DNA from: Psilocybe cubensis
Lineage: Eukaryota
Direction: 5' to 3'
Assembly: GCA_017499595.2 (NCBI GenBank)
Contig: CM038999.1
Coordinates: 3,782,001 to 3,846,000 of the forward strand
Length of the DNA: 64,000 bases
The position numbers and the translations under genes are program-made. The notes below the pieces were generated by a model. That model was given only the letters and a program-made list of their open reading frames with translations, made no database searches and was not told where the DNA came from. This document shows, one piece after another, positions 25,416 to 39,911 of the stretch. Numbering within the stretch: the stretch's first letter is position 1; every line of letters begins with the position of its first letter.

Positions 25416-27943
25416 ATGTCCTCTCGTTCTGCTTACAAAGGAACTCGCCGTCGACTTGTTCTAGCATTTGATATCGGCACCACATACAGTGGCATCTCTT
25501 ACAGGTCCTCCCTTGCTCTACTAAGTCACATAACGACGTCAACTCAAGGCTCTTTCACAGTATTCTCGATCCTGGTCAAGTACCACAGATCAAAGGAGTT
25601 ACCAGGTATGTTGAACAGAACGTTGATGCGCGTATCACTGAAATGGCTTGCTTGACCGTAGATTTCCTGCACATGAGCTGATTAGCGGTGCATCGAAAAT
25701 ACCCACTATCATTTACTACGACCAGCAAGGAAAGGTTCGTGCAGTAGGGGCCGAGGCTACACGAGAGGGAATTTTCGAAGAAGCAGAAGACGGTGATTGG
25801 GTCAAGGCCGAGTGGTGCGTTTCTAGTTAGCTTGTATTTACATCATGTCCCAAAGCAACCACCATTCAGGTTTAAACTACATTTGCGGTCTAAACTAGGT
25901 GCCGGAAAGCATATGACGGACCAAATTCCACCGTTGCCCCTCAATAAGACAGTCGTTGAGGTCTTTGCCGACTTCTTGCGATACATGCTGGAATGTGCTT
26001 CAGCCTATATCCAAGATACCCATGCCAATGGTCCTGCGCTCTGGGCGTCCGTTCAAGGTGATATCGACTTTGTTTTATCGCATCCAAATGGTTGGGAAGG
26101 AAAAGAGCAAACCCAGATGCGCCAGGCGGCTGTACTGGCAGGTCTCATTCCAGACACTGCTGCTGGACATGCCCGCGTTTCCTTTGTGACCGAGGGTGAG
26201 GCTAGTCTTCATTTTGCGATACAAAACGGAGTTCTGTCCGCTGCTATCAAGGTATTTTGTATTATATCGCGTCCATGCAACGATTTGATTGGCAACAGAA
26301 TGGGGAGGGTATAGTGATTGTTGATGCTGGAGGAGGTACCGTTGACGTCAGCAGTTACTCGAACGGTTCAAGTGGAATATCGAACTCCTACGAGGAAATA
26401 GCACCCCCTCAATGTATGTCCACTGCATATTAGATAAAAAAGGTGTGCTGATTTATTATCTAGGTCATTTTCATGGCTCTGTTTTTGTTAGCATCCATGC
26501 TCGAGTCTACCTGCAAGGTCGGTTGCAAGCATGGCTACTTTCTACAAACATTAAACTCATCTTCGTACTTCCTAGCCTTCTTGGAGGAATCAGATTTTAT
26601 TGATGACCTCGACCACATCGTCAGATGCTTCGATAAAACTACAAAACCACGGTTTAGAAACGCGGAAGAACCCCAGTATATCAAATTTGGCTCGACAAGG
26701 GATAACGACCCTGAATGTAATATTCGTCTGGGGCAATTGCGATTGGCTGGGTAATTTATGGTTTCACCGCCGTCAGCCAGGGTTGTTGTTTAATTATTTT
26801 CCTCTTCAGATCTGATGTCGCCCAATTTTTTGAACCATCTGTTAAATGCATTGTATCCGCCGTCCAAAGTCAGCGAAACAATTCTCATAGCAAGATATCT
26901 GTAGGTCTTGTATTGAACGGTTTATTCTAGAGATCGAGATACTGATTATTTTTTACCAAGCATGTTGTTCTCGTCGGGGGGTTCGCAGCCAGTGATTGGT
27001 TATTTAATAGCGTTTTCGCTGCATTAGACAAACTCGGGCTGAACGTCATGCGCCCAGAAAATCATGTGTAGGTCATCTTTCCTGGTACGTGTGTCGTAGA
27101 ACCATTGAAGAACGGTTCATTAGCAATAAAGCTGTTTCGGATGGTGCTATATCGTTCTATCTAGACCATTTCGTCCGGACTCGTGTCTCGAAAGTCACTT
27201 ACGGGAGCTTCTGCGCCATTCCATACGATGCTTCAAAACCAGAGCATCGGGCGAGGGCGGCAGATAAGGTAATTTTTAATTCTGGAGCCGTGATGGTGAA
27301 CCACGCCTTTGCTACTATACTCCCCAAGGTAACCCTCTCTGCTTCCTTTCATCTTGTATGCTTAATTTCTTCTGACTGGATTTAATGCAGAACACACAAG
27401 TCTCTGAAACAAAAGAGTTCCGTTACTCTTTTCATCGCGAAGCTCGTGATAGGAGTAGCTTCAGCGCTGTTTCTTCTCCAGTGTGGTGCTACAGGGGTGC
27501 AATTAAAGACCCTAGATGGAAAGATATTGACTCTGGTTCTATCTTTTATACATTGATGTTGCAACAATTTCTGATACATTCCAAAAAAACCAGGCAATTT
27601 TACACAACTCTGTAACATTGTTACGGACCTTTCAAATGTACCGTTGACACCCATGACCAACCGAGATGGCGAAACATACTACAGGATGTACTATGAAATC
27701 GTACTCCTCTTTGGTTTAACGGAAATGATAGCTTTTGTTGCTTGGAACGAGAACGTAAGATCTCAGTCATGCTGATTTTAGAGGAAACGACGACTGACAG
27801 ACTGATGCTTATTAAAAGGGAGTCGAAAAAAAGTGAGTAAATCAATAATTTTTTGTCTAGATATAAGTTTAATAATCACACTATTTTCTAGAGGTCCAGC
27901 GAGAATTGTATACGACCCCGATATTTCCCAGGACGACCCCTAA
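25416..27943 (+). CDS. HSPA12-like atypical Hsp70 (copy B), tandem paralogue of A
   Basis: LVLAFDIGTTYSGISY, LSHPNGW, VTEGEASL, VDAGGGTVD, LVGGFAASDWL, KAVSDGA; intron positions match copy A; TAA 27941-27943. Confidence 0.9.
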
Positions 27944-28481
27944 AGGGCTAAACCTTGGCAGTCGACCGTTGGCGGAAATAATATAACTGATCCTCATATT
28001 TTATCTATGACCTGTGTAAACGTTTTTCATCATGTTTTCTTTCCTTGTAAACTTTCTTAATTCATTTGCCACTATTTATACGTATTGTGGTATTGTCCAC
28101 AGGCACATATTTAACCGCCTGTCTATAAATAGACCGTTGTGTGCATTATAGCCGATAAGGCGCCCAGTCATCCTTCCGTCAGGGACATTATACTAGCACC
28201 AAATGAGATAGTCTACGGTGTGGATGGAAGCAAAAAGGCATATGCGCCTGTGTAGGAGCACTGGCGACTACAATACATACATTTTGAGTAGTCCGTGAAC
28301 GTCTATACGTAAATATACCTACATACTAGGGTGGTAAATTTTCACAGCAATGTGTGGCTACATAGAGAAAACAAAACAAAATTACTCGGTAGAACATAAT
28401 ATCCTGGAAGCACGAAAAAATGTGTTTATCACGCGAAACTGTGATCGGCGCGATTGATAGAATAAACTGGGCTCCTCCATT

Positions 28482-30110
28482 TCATATAATAGTATGCAGG
28501 TTCCAAAGTACGAAAGCTGATATCATCATGCTGTGCTTAGTGCCAATCTTCTTGAGAGTGGATCCAGCTGAGCTTGAGGTTGGCTTCGGTGCAGGCTGGA
28601 CATAGGTCGTTGTGGCGCTACCTGCGCTCAAGAATATGTCGGTCTGGGCCCCTAAGCAACAGTTAGTAACATGATAAATATGTGCTATCAGGAGATAACG
28701 TGTACCATCTGAGAATCCCATTTTTGCATTGTATGTAGGAGATTTAGGTTGGCCTGAAAGGTCAGAACCTGAGACTTCTACATTGTTTCCCTCGAGCTGG
28801 TTCCAAAAAACCATCTATCCCGAAATGGGAAACATTAAACTAAGTAAGGCTTTTGAGTTAATTGATAGAACGAACCTGCTTTGCGCCTTTGACGCATTTG
28901 GATTGGTCATCTTCGCACCAGACTGGAGGCACAGCAGATGCAACTGCGGCAGGCCCAGTATGCCCAGTGACACGACAGCGGTATGGAAGCATGTACATGT
29001 TTGGCTGACCGCAACCATTTGCGACCTGATATCGCGTATGTTAGAGCGGGATTATCAGTCATGTCAACCTAAGAACGTACCCAGCCCCACTACAGACATA
29101 AAAATAACTTCGTTAATGAATAGTTGGAATCATGGTGCCATGACGACTTGCCGCGCAGATACAGCCTTCATCTGGACAGGCAGGTAGATTAGGTACTTTG
29201 TATGTAGCAAGTCTGCGCCATGGAGTACTGAGAGCGGTGTAAGTGAGGCTAGGTAGATATGTCCAGTGTGATGCTTACTGATACAAAACGGTGAACACCA
29301 CAAGATTATCTTCTGTGACTTGAGTCAAGTCGGAGACATAGGATATAGCAAAGATTGTCCCTGCCGCCATAGTCTCATTCTGCGTATGGACTGGACAATA
29401 TCAAACGATTCAACGCGGACTCAGATTTTGAAACAGTACTGCTCACTATTCGGTTCGGTGATACACGAATCAGCGTCTACTTTACCATCGAGCGTTACGC
29501 CGAGACCAGGGTGGTCTTGTCCATCACCGTAGACACCAACGCGAGTGCCTTGATATGATAACGTGGTGAAAGCGCGATTGACGGCGAGCTCGACCGTGAA
29601 TTCACCATTGGCTGGCCTAACTCAAATTATCAGACATATTTTTACAAATTTAACGCGTCATATACACACAGTTCTAGAAAATCACCAGGCGCAGGAGGAA
29701 ACATATCACACTGGCGAAAGGTGGTGAGAAGCATTACAAATTGAGAGAAGGTTTCTTACATTGTTCTCATGATGGAACCACCAGTCGCTCTTGCGTAACT
29801 ACGAAACAACGCGTTTAATGAAAAGAATGGATAGTTTTTCCAAATACTTTAATACCTGATACAATGGTTGAACAGCCGAATTCGTATCGTCATCGTCCAC
29901 GCCAGGTGTGGTGCCGTTTATGCAATACATCCCTGGTGTTGAAGCTATCAATCATTTCCTACAGTAAAAAACACGCAGAAGCTCACCCTTGGTCCAAGCT
30001 GCAACATGGGCAGTCGCGCCCAACACCAGCCATCGTGAAAGGATAGTCGAGGTCAGAAGGTACCATCCAAATGACCTATGCGGCTGACCAGTAGGTCGAT
30101 CTCGAGACAT
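28482..30110 (-). CDS. Lytic polysaccharide monooxygenase, AA14-like, secreted, possibly GPI-anchored
   Basis: Spliced reading: MSRDR...[17 protein letters not shown] / [16 protein letters not shown] (mature N-terminal His), [44 protein letters not shown]. Ends in a Ser/Thr-rich linker and hydrophobic C-terminus ([15 protein letters not shown]). Confidence 0.85.
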
Positions 30111-32270
30111 GTGCCGCGCTAGCTAACCCACCGCTCTTGGGAGAGCAAGAACACTAAAGGAAAAACTCTGGAGGAGTGAGATGGGGTGAAACAATGTCGC
30201 CTCAACCCTAAATTTGCCCTCAGTTGTTCGATTATATCTTGACAGGCACGCCTGTGCTACGACCCTGCAACTTCCTCCTGCCGTTTGATTAATGACGGCA
30301 AGGAGCCACCACCACCACGATGATTAATTTGTTCTCTTGCTTTGGCTCAACTTTGGCTCACCTTGGAAAGGCGTCGACGCTTTGAGTAAGGAAGGGCGAT
30401 GCAACTCCATTCCGTTCCGATTACAGTCGGATATTTCTTCCCAAATGTTCGTCATTTAAAATTTGTCGCAGAGCGTGAGCAAACTAAAGCCATATTTGGA
30501 CCAGGAACCTTATCTTTTGTTGATGCGCAGATGGTGATCGAAATGCGATTGCTGTCTTGGCGGAGTTGGACCGCTACCAAGCTTGTCAGGTCCAAGCAAC
30601 AGCTACTTACGAGCGCTCGAAAGGTATTTTAGTACGTCTGGTTTTTATATAAGCTGAACCACTTTGAGAAGGCTGAATTTCATTTTACTCTATTTAAAAA
30701 GAGTGGTCAACCTATGTCTTACTCTTAGTAGTAGGCGCCTGTCATTTAAATCATACATAAATAATTTTACTAATATTACAGATTATTTCTTGCAACACCC
30801 TAATTGATATCAGGATCATATATTTATTCAATCTACTGTGTTCGTTTTAACCTTTGTGGTAGGTATGTTCAAATGATAGTCTCAGCTGCCTCAGGAGTCT
30901 GACACAATTGCGATTTGATTGTGCCTATGCCCACGTGACTGTGTTAACATTGTTCCCTCCGGCGTCACACTTCTGTCAGTGTCACACAAACCTCTTTTTT
31001 GTGCTGTTTTGGTTTTTTTAGTAGTTTTTCAGCTTCAACGTCAACTGGCATCCTTGATCCTTGCACATCCATTCAAGGCTCTCCGAACTAACTCTCTTAC
31101 TGCTTCCAAAATCCTGGAGCTTTCTCTCAAATCTAACCGTTGCTAGTGATGTATTATGCTGAATGTATACCCTAGTAGGTGGCCGCCTTGGTCCAAGAAC
31201 TTGGGGTGCTTAGTCGCGATTTTTTTCGATAACGTCGATTATGTGGGAGATAAGTTTTTGACCGTAATCTTATGGGCTGTTTTCTGGCGTGTGAGTGGCT
31301 GCGTGTTGCTTTGTAAAATTCTGACCGTCACCAATTAGGGGACTTGGGGGCTGTGTTCCAAAATCGCTGTTGGTTTTGATGAGCAAGTTTGAGTGTTCAT
31401 GATCACCATCCGAACGTCCATGGACTATAGCTTGTATGGAGTGTGCTCAGTCAAGGGAGAAATATCATATTACTAGCAAGAATGTGGCGCGTATTTCGGT
31501 ATTCTGGCCAGTGGATCTCGTTAAGTCCTACATTCTCCAATTACACACATTCGTTTACATTCTCTTCAATAACCAGGGACATAAAAATGGTCCAAGAAGT
31601 ACCATAGGCAAGTTGTAGACCTCTATATATATGTTCGCCTCATACCTTGTATGGTACGTTATACTGTTTTTTTTCACTAGTCCATTTTCCTCGTTGTTTG
31701 CGTCTCGCATCAATCTTTCCGAGCCTTGCTGTCTAAACTAAAGGACAAGTTCGTCGACACTAGCGTGACTCAAGACTTGAAATCTCCCTCCATGCCCTTT
31801 ATCGCCATTCGCCGGCACTAATCCAGTTTTCAATCAAGCAAGTAGTTATAGACTACCGCGGACTCGCATTCTGGCACACTCTGCTTGCGTTTTGTTGATC
31901 CGTTCCGACGTTCTTGATAACGGGGTCGATAAGTTTCGACTCTTATAATAAATTCAAGTCTAGCGTCGTTATTGTCACTGAAGTGATTGCTGGCTCTGAG
32001 TACTCTAGGCCTTCTCTTCTTCGCCAAAACTCATCTTGCCTCCGAGCCAAGATTCCCTAGGCTTCGCGTTCTTATCTTATAAATCCTCCATTTGTATGTA
32101 CCCTGGTCGATCATAGAGGGATTATCTTACTTGCAGGCACACAAACGGTGAAGTGTATTCATCGATCATCACCCATCACAATTATTACCAATCATCAGGC
32201 CTCAGGTGCACACCCGCGTTCTCGTCTCATTTGATTGTGGTACCGCGCTTACTTGTGGTGTCCTCATAAG

Positions 32271-32831
32271 CAAATATTGCCTGAATCTTACCTGAAGGAC
32301 TCCGGATTCATCCCATCAGATGGATTCACTTTTTTTCTGGAACCAGACCATGGCGCCACAGTGGTTTCTATAGTATCGATATCCAACCGAACGGTACTAC
32401 CCGTCGAAACGGGGTTGTACTGAGTCGGGTTCATGTTCTAACCTTTACACCTTGGCTACTCATCGCTGAATTGGGAGCCATTACGGATGGAAGCGTGTGG
32501 ACTGCGGCAAGAGAAGTTCAAATCTGATGGCAAGTTTTTTCTTCCTGCACTCCGGCAGGCTTTGAACTGCGAGAAAGACGGTCCTGCCGACAACAAAAAC
32601 GACATGGTCTTCTTCTCCCGTGATTCTGGAGACCTGGGTGTCACAGACGGGATAAAGATACCATTCATATATGCACTTGAGCACAGTGGTATACATATAG
32701 CTGTCACTGGAACATATGCTCCCACAAGCGCAGTTCCTCCCACTTTCGTCCTTTCCACCTTCATCCTGTGCACAAGTGGCGGTACTACATTCAACCTAGG
32801 TTCAGAGCCGCCCGGCATTACCTCGCTTTGA
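32271..32831 (+). other. Possible exons or remnant of an unknown gene
   Basis: ORFs 32235..32423 and 32487..32831 have globular-looking composition, but I could not build a clean spliced model or recognise a domain. Confidence 0.25.
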
Positions 32832-34509
32832 CCGTGGAACCGGACATTTAACGTGGAATTAAAAGTAAGGAAGGAGCAATTTCAGTCCCCTATATCATGA
32901 AAGAATCATGTTCATGATCTGTTTTCATTTAGACTGTGCAATGTGGTCACGTCTGGCCTATATATATCGACTTTCATCTGTCCTGCTTGAAGCTAAGTGA
33001 CGAATGTAGAAAGAAGGTCGCAAGTCGAAGACCAACTCTGTTATAAATGTTTGATAGGTCTATTCGTATTTTAAGAAGATATTAAAAACATGTCTCGGGG
33101 GAACTCGGGTTCACCTTTCCAGAAAATGGGGATGAGATTCATATGTGGCTGGAAATCCTGGTCGAGGGTTGTAGGCGCAATGAGAAACTTGCTCACAGGC
33201 TCTGTGCCGTGCCTAGCGTAGTCCATCGTTAGTGAGTATCTATAAATTTAACGACTTGAATGAGTAAATTTATGGCCATCCAACTAGATATTTTAATGCC
33301 GTTGATAACTCTCAATCTCTGTTGTCAATTCATCGATGTCAAAAATCAACAAAACACTCATCGCAGTTATATTATCGGAGCCCCGGCCTATCATAGCTAT
33401 CATCATTTTTTACACAGAGAATGCATCCACTGATAGACACCCCACTCAATGATATCCCCCCGGCGGTAGTATTTCGTTTCAGTCTATTCTTTACGTTGTC
33501 AACTTGAAAACATTCCCTCAACAAATTGCAAACCAAGCAAGGACGTGGATTCTGCATGTCCTGGAGAATATTGAGCGAGCTGCATAGAGACCATTGCTCT
33601 TCCAATTCAAGATGATCAACACAGTCAGAAGTTGGGCCTGTACTGAAAAACATGGACTTTAAGCTTGGGCTAGGCTCGGGGGTATTTCCGAAGTTCGCCT
33701 GTATGTTGTTTCGTTTGCTAATCCTGTTATTTCATTAGAATTATATTAATACCTGTCTCGTTACTGAATTTACAAGAAGTGTTGAGATTAAAAAGACCGC
33801 TTTCAGTGAGAGAGGACAAGCATAAGGAGATATAAAATGAAAGACTGACCCACCGCTCAGGCCATACCATCTCAATTGCATCTCAAACGTTTGGCGTATG
33901 AAATAAAAGGAGCATTTTTGGTTTATTTTCAGTCGTGTGCCTCAGCTTCTGGCCTGGCAGGTTGCAGGTGATCTCATTATTGACAATGGTATTGGCCGCG
34001 ACGGATCAGTGACTCATTAGACTCGGCTGAAGAGCAACAACTCACTGAAAGTGTATCTCGCAACCTGAAAGTTCAACTCAACAGAGAGAGATGGAAGCTG
34101 ATGGCCAAGCTACTGGGACTGGAATCTACGATTCAGCTCCGAGGATAGCAGGTGGTGCCCGAGATAAGGGTCCTTCAGCCGGATAACAGCGTGGTAATCA
34201 CCCCCAAGGAGCTGCTACGATGCGATTCCCTTCTCAGGATTCCTTATTGTCTCTGGGCTGTCGACGTCGGATATGTTGTTATTCGTCCGAAAGTAAGGAC
34301 ATATTCGAAGCAGCCCACAGTTTCTGAGAATTGGTGGTGGGAAATAGGTCAGGAGGCATAAAGGAAAAGGTCCTGCTGGCACACGCAGCCATCCAGAACC
34401 GCTTTAACCCCATCATCCCTTACCCTAGGTCCTCCCCTTTTATACGTGAGTATTGAAGAAATTCCAGAACCTATCGTGTTGGTTACCATGTTCTCCCAAA
34501 TGTTTTCAG

Positions 34510-36778
34510 ATGTCCCTCGATCAGGACCAGAAAGTGGACATTGAGGATGTCGAGGAGGACGGTGAGCATAACCCTTCTCTTGGTCGTCTCACGCGCTCAA
34601 CACGTTGCACAGACATGCCACCGCTGGTTGATGATTCAAACCCTAATTACACGTTTTTCTCTGGAATGACGCCTCTTTCTTTTACATCGACATCGGCGCC
34701 CACCGCCTCACAGGACAGCAATCCACAGCCTTCTAGGTCTCTCGTTTCTAGTCTACCAGCATCTCCTATAACCCCAGACGAATCGACGTCATCATTCTCG
34801 ATGTCCATGTCCCAACCCCGTCCTCACGGGAAACGACGTGATCCTTCATATATCCCACGACCTCCTAACGCGTTCATTCTCTTCCGCTGCGCGTTTATCA
34901 AGGAGCAGAACGTGCCAGGAAAGGTCGAAGGCAACCATAGCAGACTTTCTAAAATTATTGGTGCGGTGTTTATCATTAGTCTGATATGTTCACTAAGACC
35001 CCAATGTGATAGGCCTGTGTTGGAAACAACTGTCTCCTGAAGAACGAGAGAAATGGGAAGCTAAAGCTGTTATCGCTCAGGCTGAGCATCGTGCCCATTA
35101 TCCCGACTGGCGTTTCAGGCCTGGTGCGAACGCCCTTGCTAAACTCAAAATTCAAGATGGTACCAGCTCGGTAACGTCACGGCGACGGAGTGTCCGTAGT
35201 CGTGCGGGCAAAACTTCGGCCTCTCCTGAAGTCGATGATGACGACGGTGTTGCGTTGGCAGATACCAAGGGAAAAGGGAAGGAGAAGGGCAGGGCGAAGG
35301 CAAAGTCTTCACGTATGCTTTCCATGGAAGAGACTCGGTGCGCAAAGATTGCGGGATTTGTCGCAGAGGGTATCAGGGGCCAAGAGCTCGAAGTTGCTGT
35401 GAAGGAATGGGAAGGAGACCATAAGATCCCCAAGGCGAATCCGCGGGTAGTCAAGCCAAAAGGCCGAGCTAGCCAGGGTTCTACTGCAGGGCCTTCGCGC
35501 AAGAAGTCAAGTTCAACAACGACCGGAGTTCAGGTCTCCACCAAACATTCCCCCAGCAACTCTCCTGAGATTCCATCCTTCACCCCAAACCCCTGGACAC
35601 CTGAATCCGACACCGGTGCCCAATCTACTCTAGAGCCCTTGCCGAGTAAAACCTTGACTACCGATGCTGCAGGGAACGGTGTCCTTTCCAGCGTACCTTT
35701 AACACACATGTTCAAGCGTGCGCTGTCTGCCCCATTGGCCGATGTGCCCTTGCAGGACCAATATTCCCCCGGACAGTCGAATGTCTCCTCGGCAGGTAAC
35801 TCGCCATCGTCAGCGGAGCCTAGTCCGAATGTCCAATGGCGTTCCTTCAGATCTCCCATGTCCCAAGAGCTGACCCCAAGGACTCACAATCATTCTCGGC
35901 GCGACACGATCTCGATACCATTACAACCAAATTCTTCTGTTGAAATGTCCCATCCACAACAACTCACTTGGCAGGAAGCAGAGAATCAGCGACGAATTGA
36001 GGAATTGCGTGGCCCAGATTCGTGGTGGCCCCAACGGTCATCTTCAGATAGCTCTCAGCTCAGTTTCTCTAATCGCGTACACTGCCAACCGCAGACTGTC
36101 TCTGCGAGGCTCAACGACGATGGGATGGGATATGATGCATCTCAGGGAACAAACCAGTTCGATCGAGGATATTTGGAGGTATGTCGTGTCTCCCATTTTT
36201 TTCTTCATAGTAACACCGACGTATATTTAATTTAGCGGCTCGGACAATATGAGCGCGTGCCAGATGAAAGCCAACAAGTGGAATGGAGACATTTAAACCC
36301 TGACACAAATCGGCAAGGTCTAGTTGCTCTCATCGAAGACCCATACAAAGATGACTGTGTCGATCCATCTTCTGCATCATCCAATTCTATTCCAACACTG
36401 TCACTTCCATCGCTATCTAATAGCAACTATTATCATAGCCCTATATCCCCGCAGTCACCTACTACTGTTCCGTCATCTTCTTTCTCTACACTTACAGGCT
36501 GGGCCGGCGAGTTCAGGAATAACAATATGGACATGAAACCTTGGTTAACAGATCCCGAAACCAATCATCCGTCCCGATCCTGGTACTCAGGCGAATCTTC
36601 CCTTAGCATGGTCACTGGCCGCCCTGATCTCCATCGTCCTCAGCTGGCAATTGACCCAGACGATTGGGACCGTATTGAATATAGAACGGCGAGCGACCTT
36701 CACCTTTCCGTTGAGCCTCCTCCTCGACAATTAGACTTCATCGGCGAACTTCGTCGTGCTCAAGGTGGCGCAGCCTAA
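34510..36778 (+). CDS. HMG-box (MATA/SOX-like) transcription factor
   Basis: RRDPSYIPRPPNAFILFRC...NHSRLSKIIG|LCWKQLSPEEREKWEAKA...HRAHYPDWRFRP; introns ~34961-35012 and ~36179-36235; long disordered C-terminus. An upstream exon is possible (ttttcag precedes the ATG). Confidence 0.88.
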
Positions 36779-37268
36779 GTCTCAAATCTATCTATAAAAA
36801 CGATAAACTCTATCGGACGTGCTTATGTTTGCCAGGCGTACGTGTGGGTCTGTCTATCCGTATTTTTGTTTCGCTCTTCTTCTGTTCGTCTCTCCTTCGT
36901 CTGCTTATCCATTCATTTGTTTTCTTCGCATTTGTATCAAATCACCTGTGTACTACCATTCTAGCATTCACCTTACATACTCTTCATCGTACAGTCTATT
37001 TATATCGTGCGAACACATTGTGTATTTCATCACTGTATATTTTACTTTTCGCTACACTTTCCCATTTTTCTCATTACAACTACACTGTACTATAAACTTC
37101 TACATATCTTCATTACCCTTCCTTATTCGCATTCACATATTATCGATTGCTAATTAATAATCGATGTGAATTAACATACAAATTTCATCTTCAAAACAGT
37201 TTTTTTGGCCTTTTTTCCAATTACGCATGCATATGCATTGAACCTTGGTTATTCATAGATTTAGACTA

Positions 37269-39911
37269 CTATGTGGTGGTTGTACTCGACCCAATGTTGA
37301 AGTCGATTTCTGCGCTATTGATTCTACATAAAGATTAGATTTGCTACGTCCGAGATGGCATAGAACACAGTCTACATGCCTTTTTTCTTCATTCTGTTGA
37401 AATTTAAAGTGGTTATTAAAAGGCCATTAGTCTGTCAGACTTCAATCACTGAAAGTGCAGAACTAACTCACGTTTTCCTGCCATATCACACTAGCTTTGA
37501 ATTCAGTGAGTCCAAATAACAGTGCTATGTCAAAGTTAATTGCGTAGTATACGTCCTCCCGTCCATCTTTATTTGTTACAGTTCGAGGTTTGAGTGTTTT
37601 AGCGAGATCGTCCAGGTCAGCTTTGATCGAACACATGGAAGTAAACATTCCTAAGAATGATAATTCTTAATTAATCTGAACTCTCAGAAAATGTACTCAA
37701 ACGTACCAGGTTCAGTGTCAACCCATTTAGGAGTATCGATGTTTCCGTGATAACACATCAAGGAAGTAGACATAGTTCGAAGTGAATTGAGATCTTTTCT
37801 GCTTCTTCCGAACGCTCTCCGAAATTCCCTACTTTCGGAGACTTGCGTACCCTGTCATGAATAATGTTTCTACAAAAATTCCGCTGCTGAAATAGCAGTT
37901 TGGCTCACCCGAGGCAAGATGACATCAAATCCTCCAGGAATATACCAAGCCCCAGAGGCAGATTGATATTTCATGGAAGACCGCTGAATATGCTCTTCAT
38001 TCTCTTCATCATAAGGAATCCCACAGGGTATGCCATACGTATACTTCGCCACTCTTGTAGTAACGCGATGGTCAAGATAGTAAGATACAGCACCATGTGC
38101 AACAGCCTTATTCCTGTGCTTTATCATTAGGCAGAACGGGGCCGAACAGTAGCTTGATTTCACGTACAGATGACTGTCTGGCCGAGTTGCCTCAATTCCC
38201 ATTATGTCCAATCGTTCCTTGACCTGAGAAAACAGCCAATCGCTTGCAGCAAAACCCCCCACTAAGAAAACAGCCTAGAACGAGCATCAGTACCTGCCAA
38301 AGTTAAAGATACGTCCGGACCGTTGCCTTACTGCGATGGTAGTTTGGGAGGAGAAAATTTGATCATTAATTGCGACAACAATGTCCGAGATTGAAGGTTC
38401 AAAGAACGATGCAACATCTTGTCTGTAATTCAACGGCAATGCTTCAACTAATAGTTCATAGTACATGAAGCGTAACTTACCCAGATACCTTGAGCTGGCC
38501 CGAACGTATACCTAACTCAGCATCTTTTTCTTTGACCGCTGCGAATTGGATCCAGCAATCATCTTCATCGTTCCTGAATCCTAATTTTGTTTTCTTGTCA
38601 AATTTCTCAGTGATAACCCCGACGTCGTCGCTGAACCGTGAGCCAGCCAGAAGGTCTACATATGGCAAATCAGTTTCATTGAGTAGCAAATTTAATTGCG
38701 GATCATCGAGACAGTCACCTTGGAAGTAACTACGTGCACGATTGGTGACAAACACTGAACCATTGTAAATGCCTGCCGAAGAAATAGGTCAGTAACGAGA
38801 TCGAGAGAGTACAGTATCACAGACATTGTGGGACCGCGATTTCCTCAAATGTGTCTTCATTCCGGGTGTAGGAGCTAATGTCAATTGTTCCTCCGCCGGC
38901 GTCCACAATCATGACACCATTATCGTCCTGATCATCAGCAGTAAAATCAAATGTCAATAAAGGTTTACGTCGAAAGAAAAGGTTTAAAAAGGCGTATGTA
39001 TGGAATAGGATATATACGCACCTTTAAAGCGTCAGATGTCAGCCCGCTTTGGATGCAGTAGTGCAGGCTCGCTTCCCCTTCCGTGAGGAGTTGGACGCGG
39101 ATCTCAGCTGTATCTAAATCGGGGACGAGTCCAGCAAGTATTGCAGCCTGGCGCATGATTTTCTGTTGAGGTCCCTCATACCCATTGGGATGAGTCAAAA
39201 CATAGTCGATGTCGGTTGTAAAGCTATCCCATAAGGTCTTGCCATTAGCGTGTGTCTCTATGATGTAGGTTTTTGCACATTCCACGATGTATCGAAGAAA
39301 GTCGGCAAACACATCCAACAATGTCTTTCCTGACGGGAGCGGAGGCACCTTTTGATCCTCAGGCGATACAGTTTCTCCTGGACGAAAATAAACCTTGAAC
39401 CTGCAGGGACATGATATATGAGAAAATCCCTTTTCTACCAAAGGAAGACGACCGAGATACAACACCATTCGCATTTGACCCATTGTTCCTCCTCAACTTG
39501 GATTGCGATGCCTTCCCGGGTAGCCTCTGCACCCGCTGCTTTGACAACCCCTTCCTGATCGTACCACAAAATTGTTGGGATCTTGAGATCACCGCCGACA
39601 CTTTCTTGACCGGGGTATCTAATGGAGAGGAAATAAACACATGTTGATATCCAGAGTATACCCGCCCCAAAAGATGCTAAAGCGATTGATCATAAGTCTT
39701 ACCTATTTACCCCTCGTATCTCGGGTATCTGACCAGGATCAAGGATGCTGTAAATTGTCCAAGAATTTATTGAGTTACAGCGTTGGCAACAGGTTGAACC
39801 AATCACAATTACTGACCTATAAGACACCCCACTAAATGTTGTCCCAATATCAATGGCTAGGACGAGCTTGCGCGAAAGTCCATTGTACGTCATACGAGGA
39901 GGTAATGCCAT
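37269..39911 (-). CDS. HSPA12-like atypical Hsp70 (copy C)
   Basis: RKLVLAIDIGTTFSGVSY, LTHPNGY, LTEGEASL, VDAGGGTID, LVGGFAASDWL, KAVAHGA, LLFGLTEFKA; same exon pattern as A/B; last exon ends TAG (cta 37269-37271). Confidence 0.88.

Noticed and set aside
34510-36778. HMG-box gene as a mating-type locus
   Set aside because: Agaricomycete mating type relies on homeodomain and pheromone/receptor genes, and none (nor MIP) is seen here; treated as an ordinary HMG factor.
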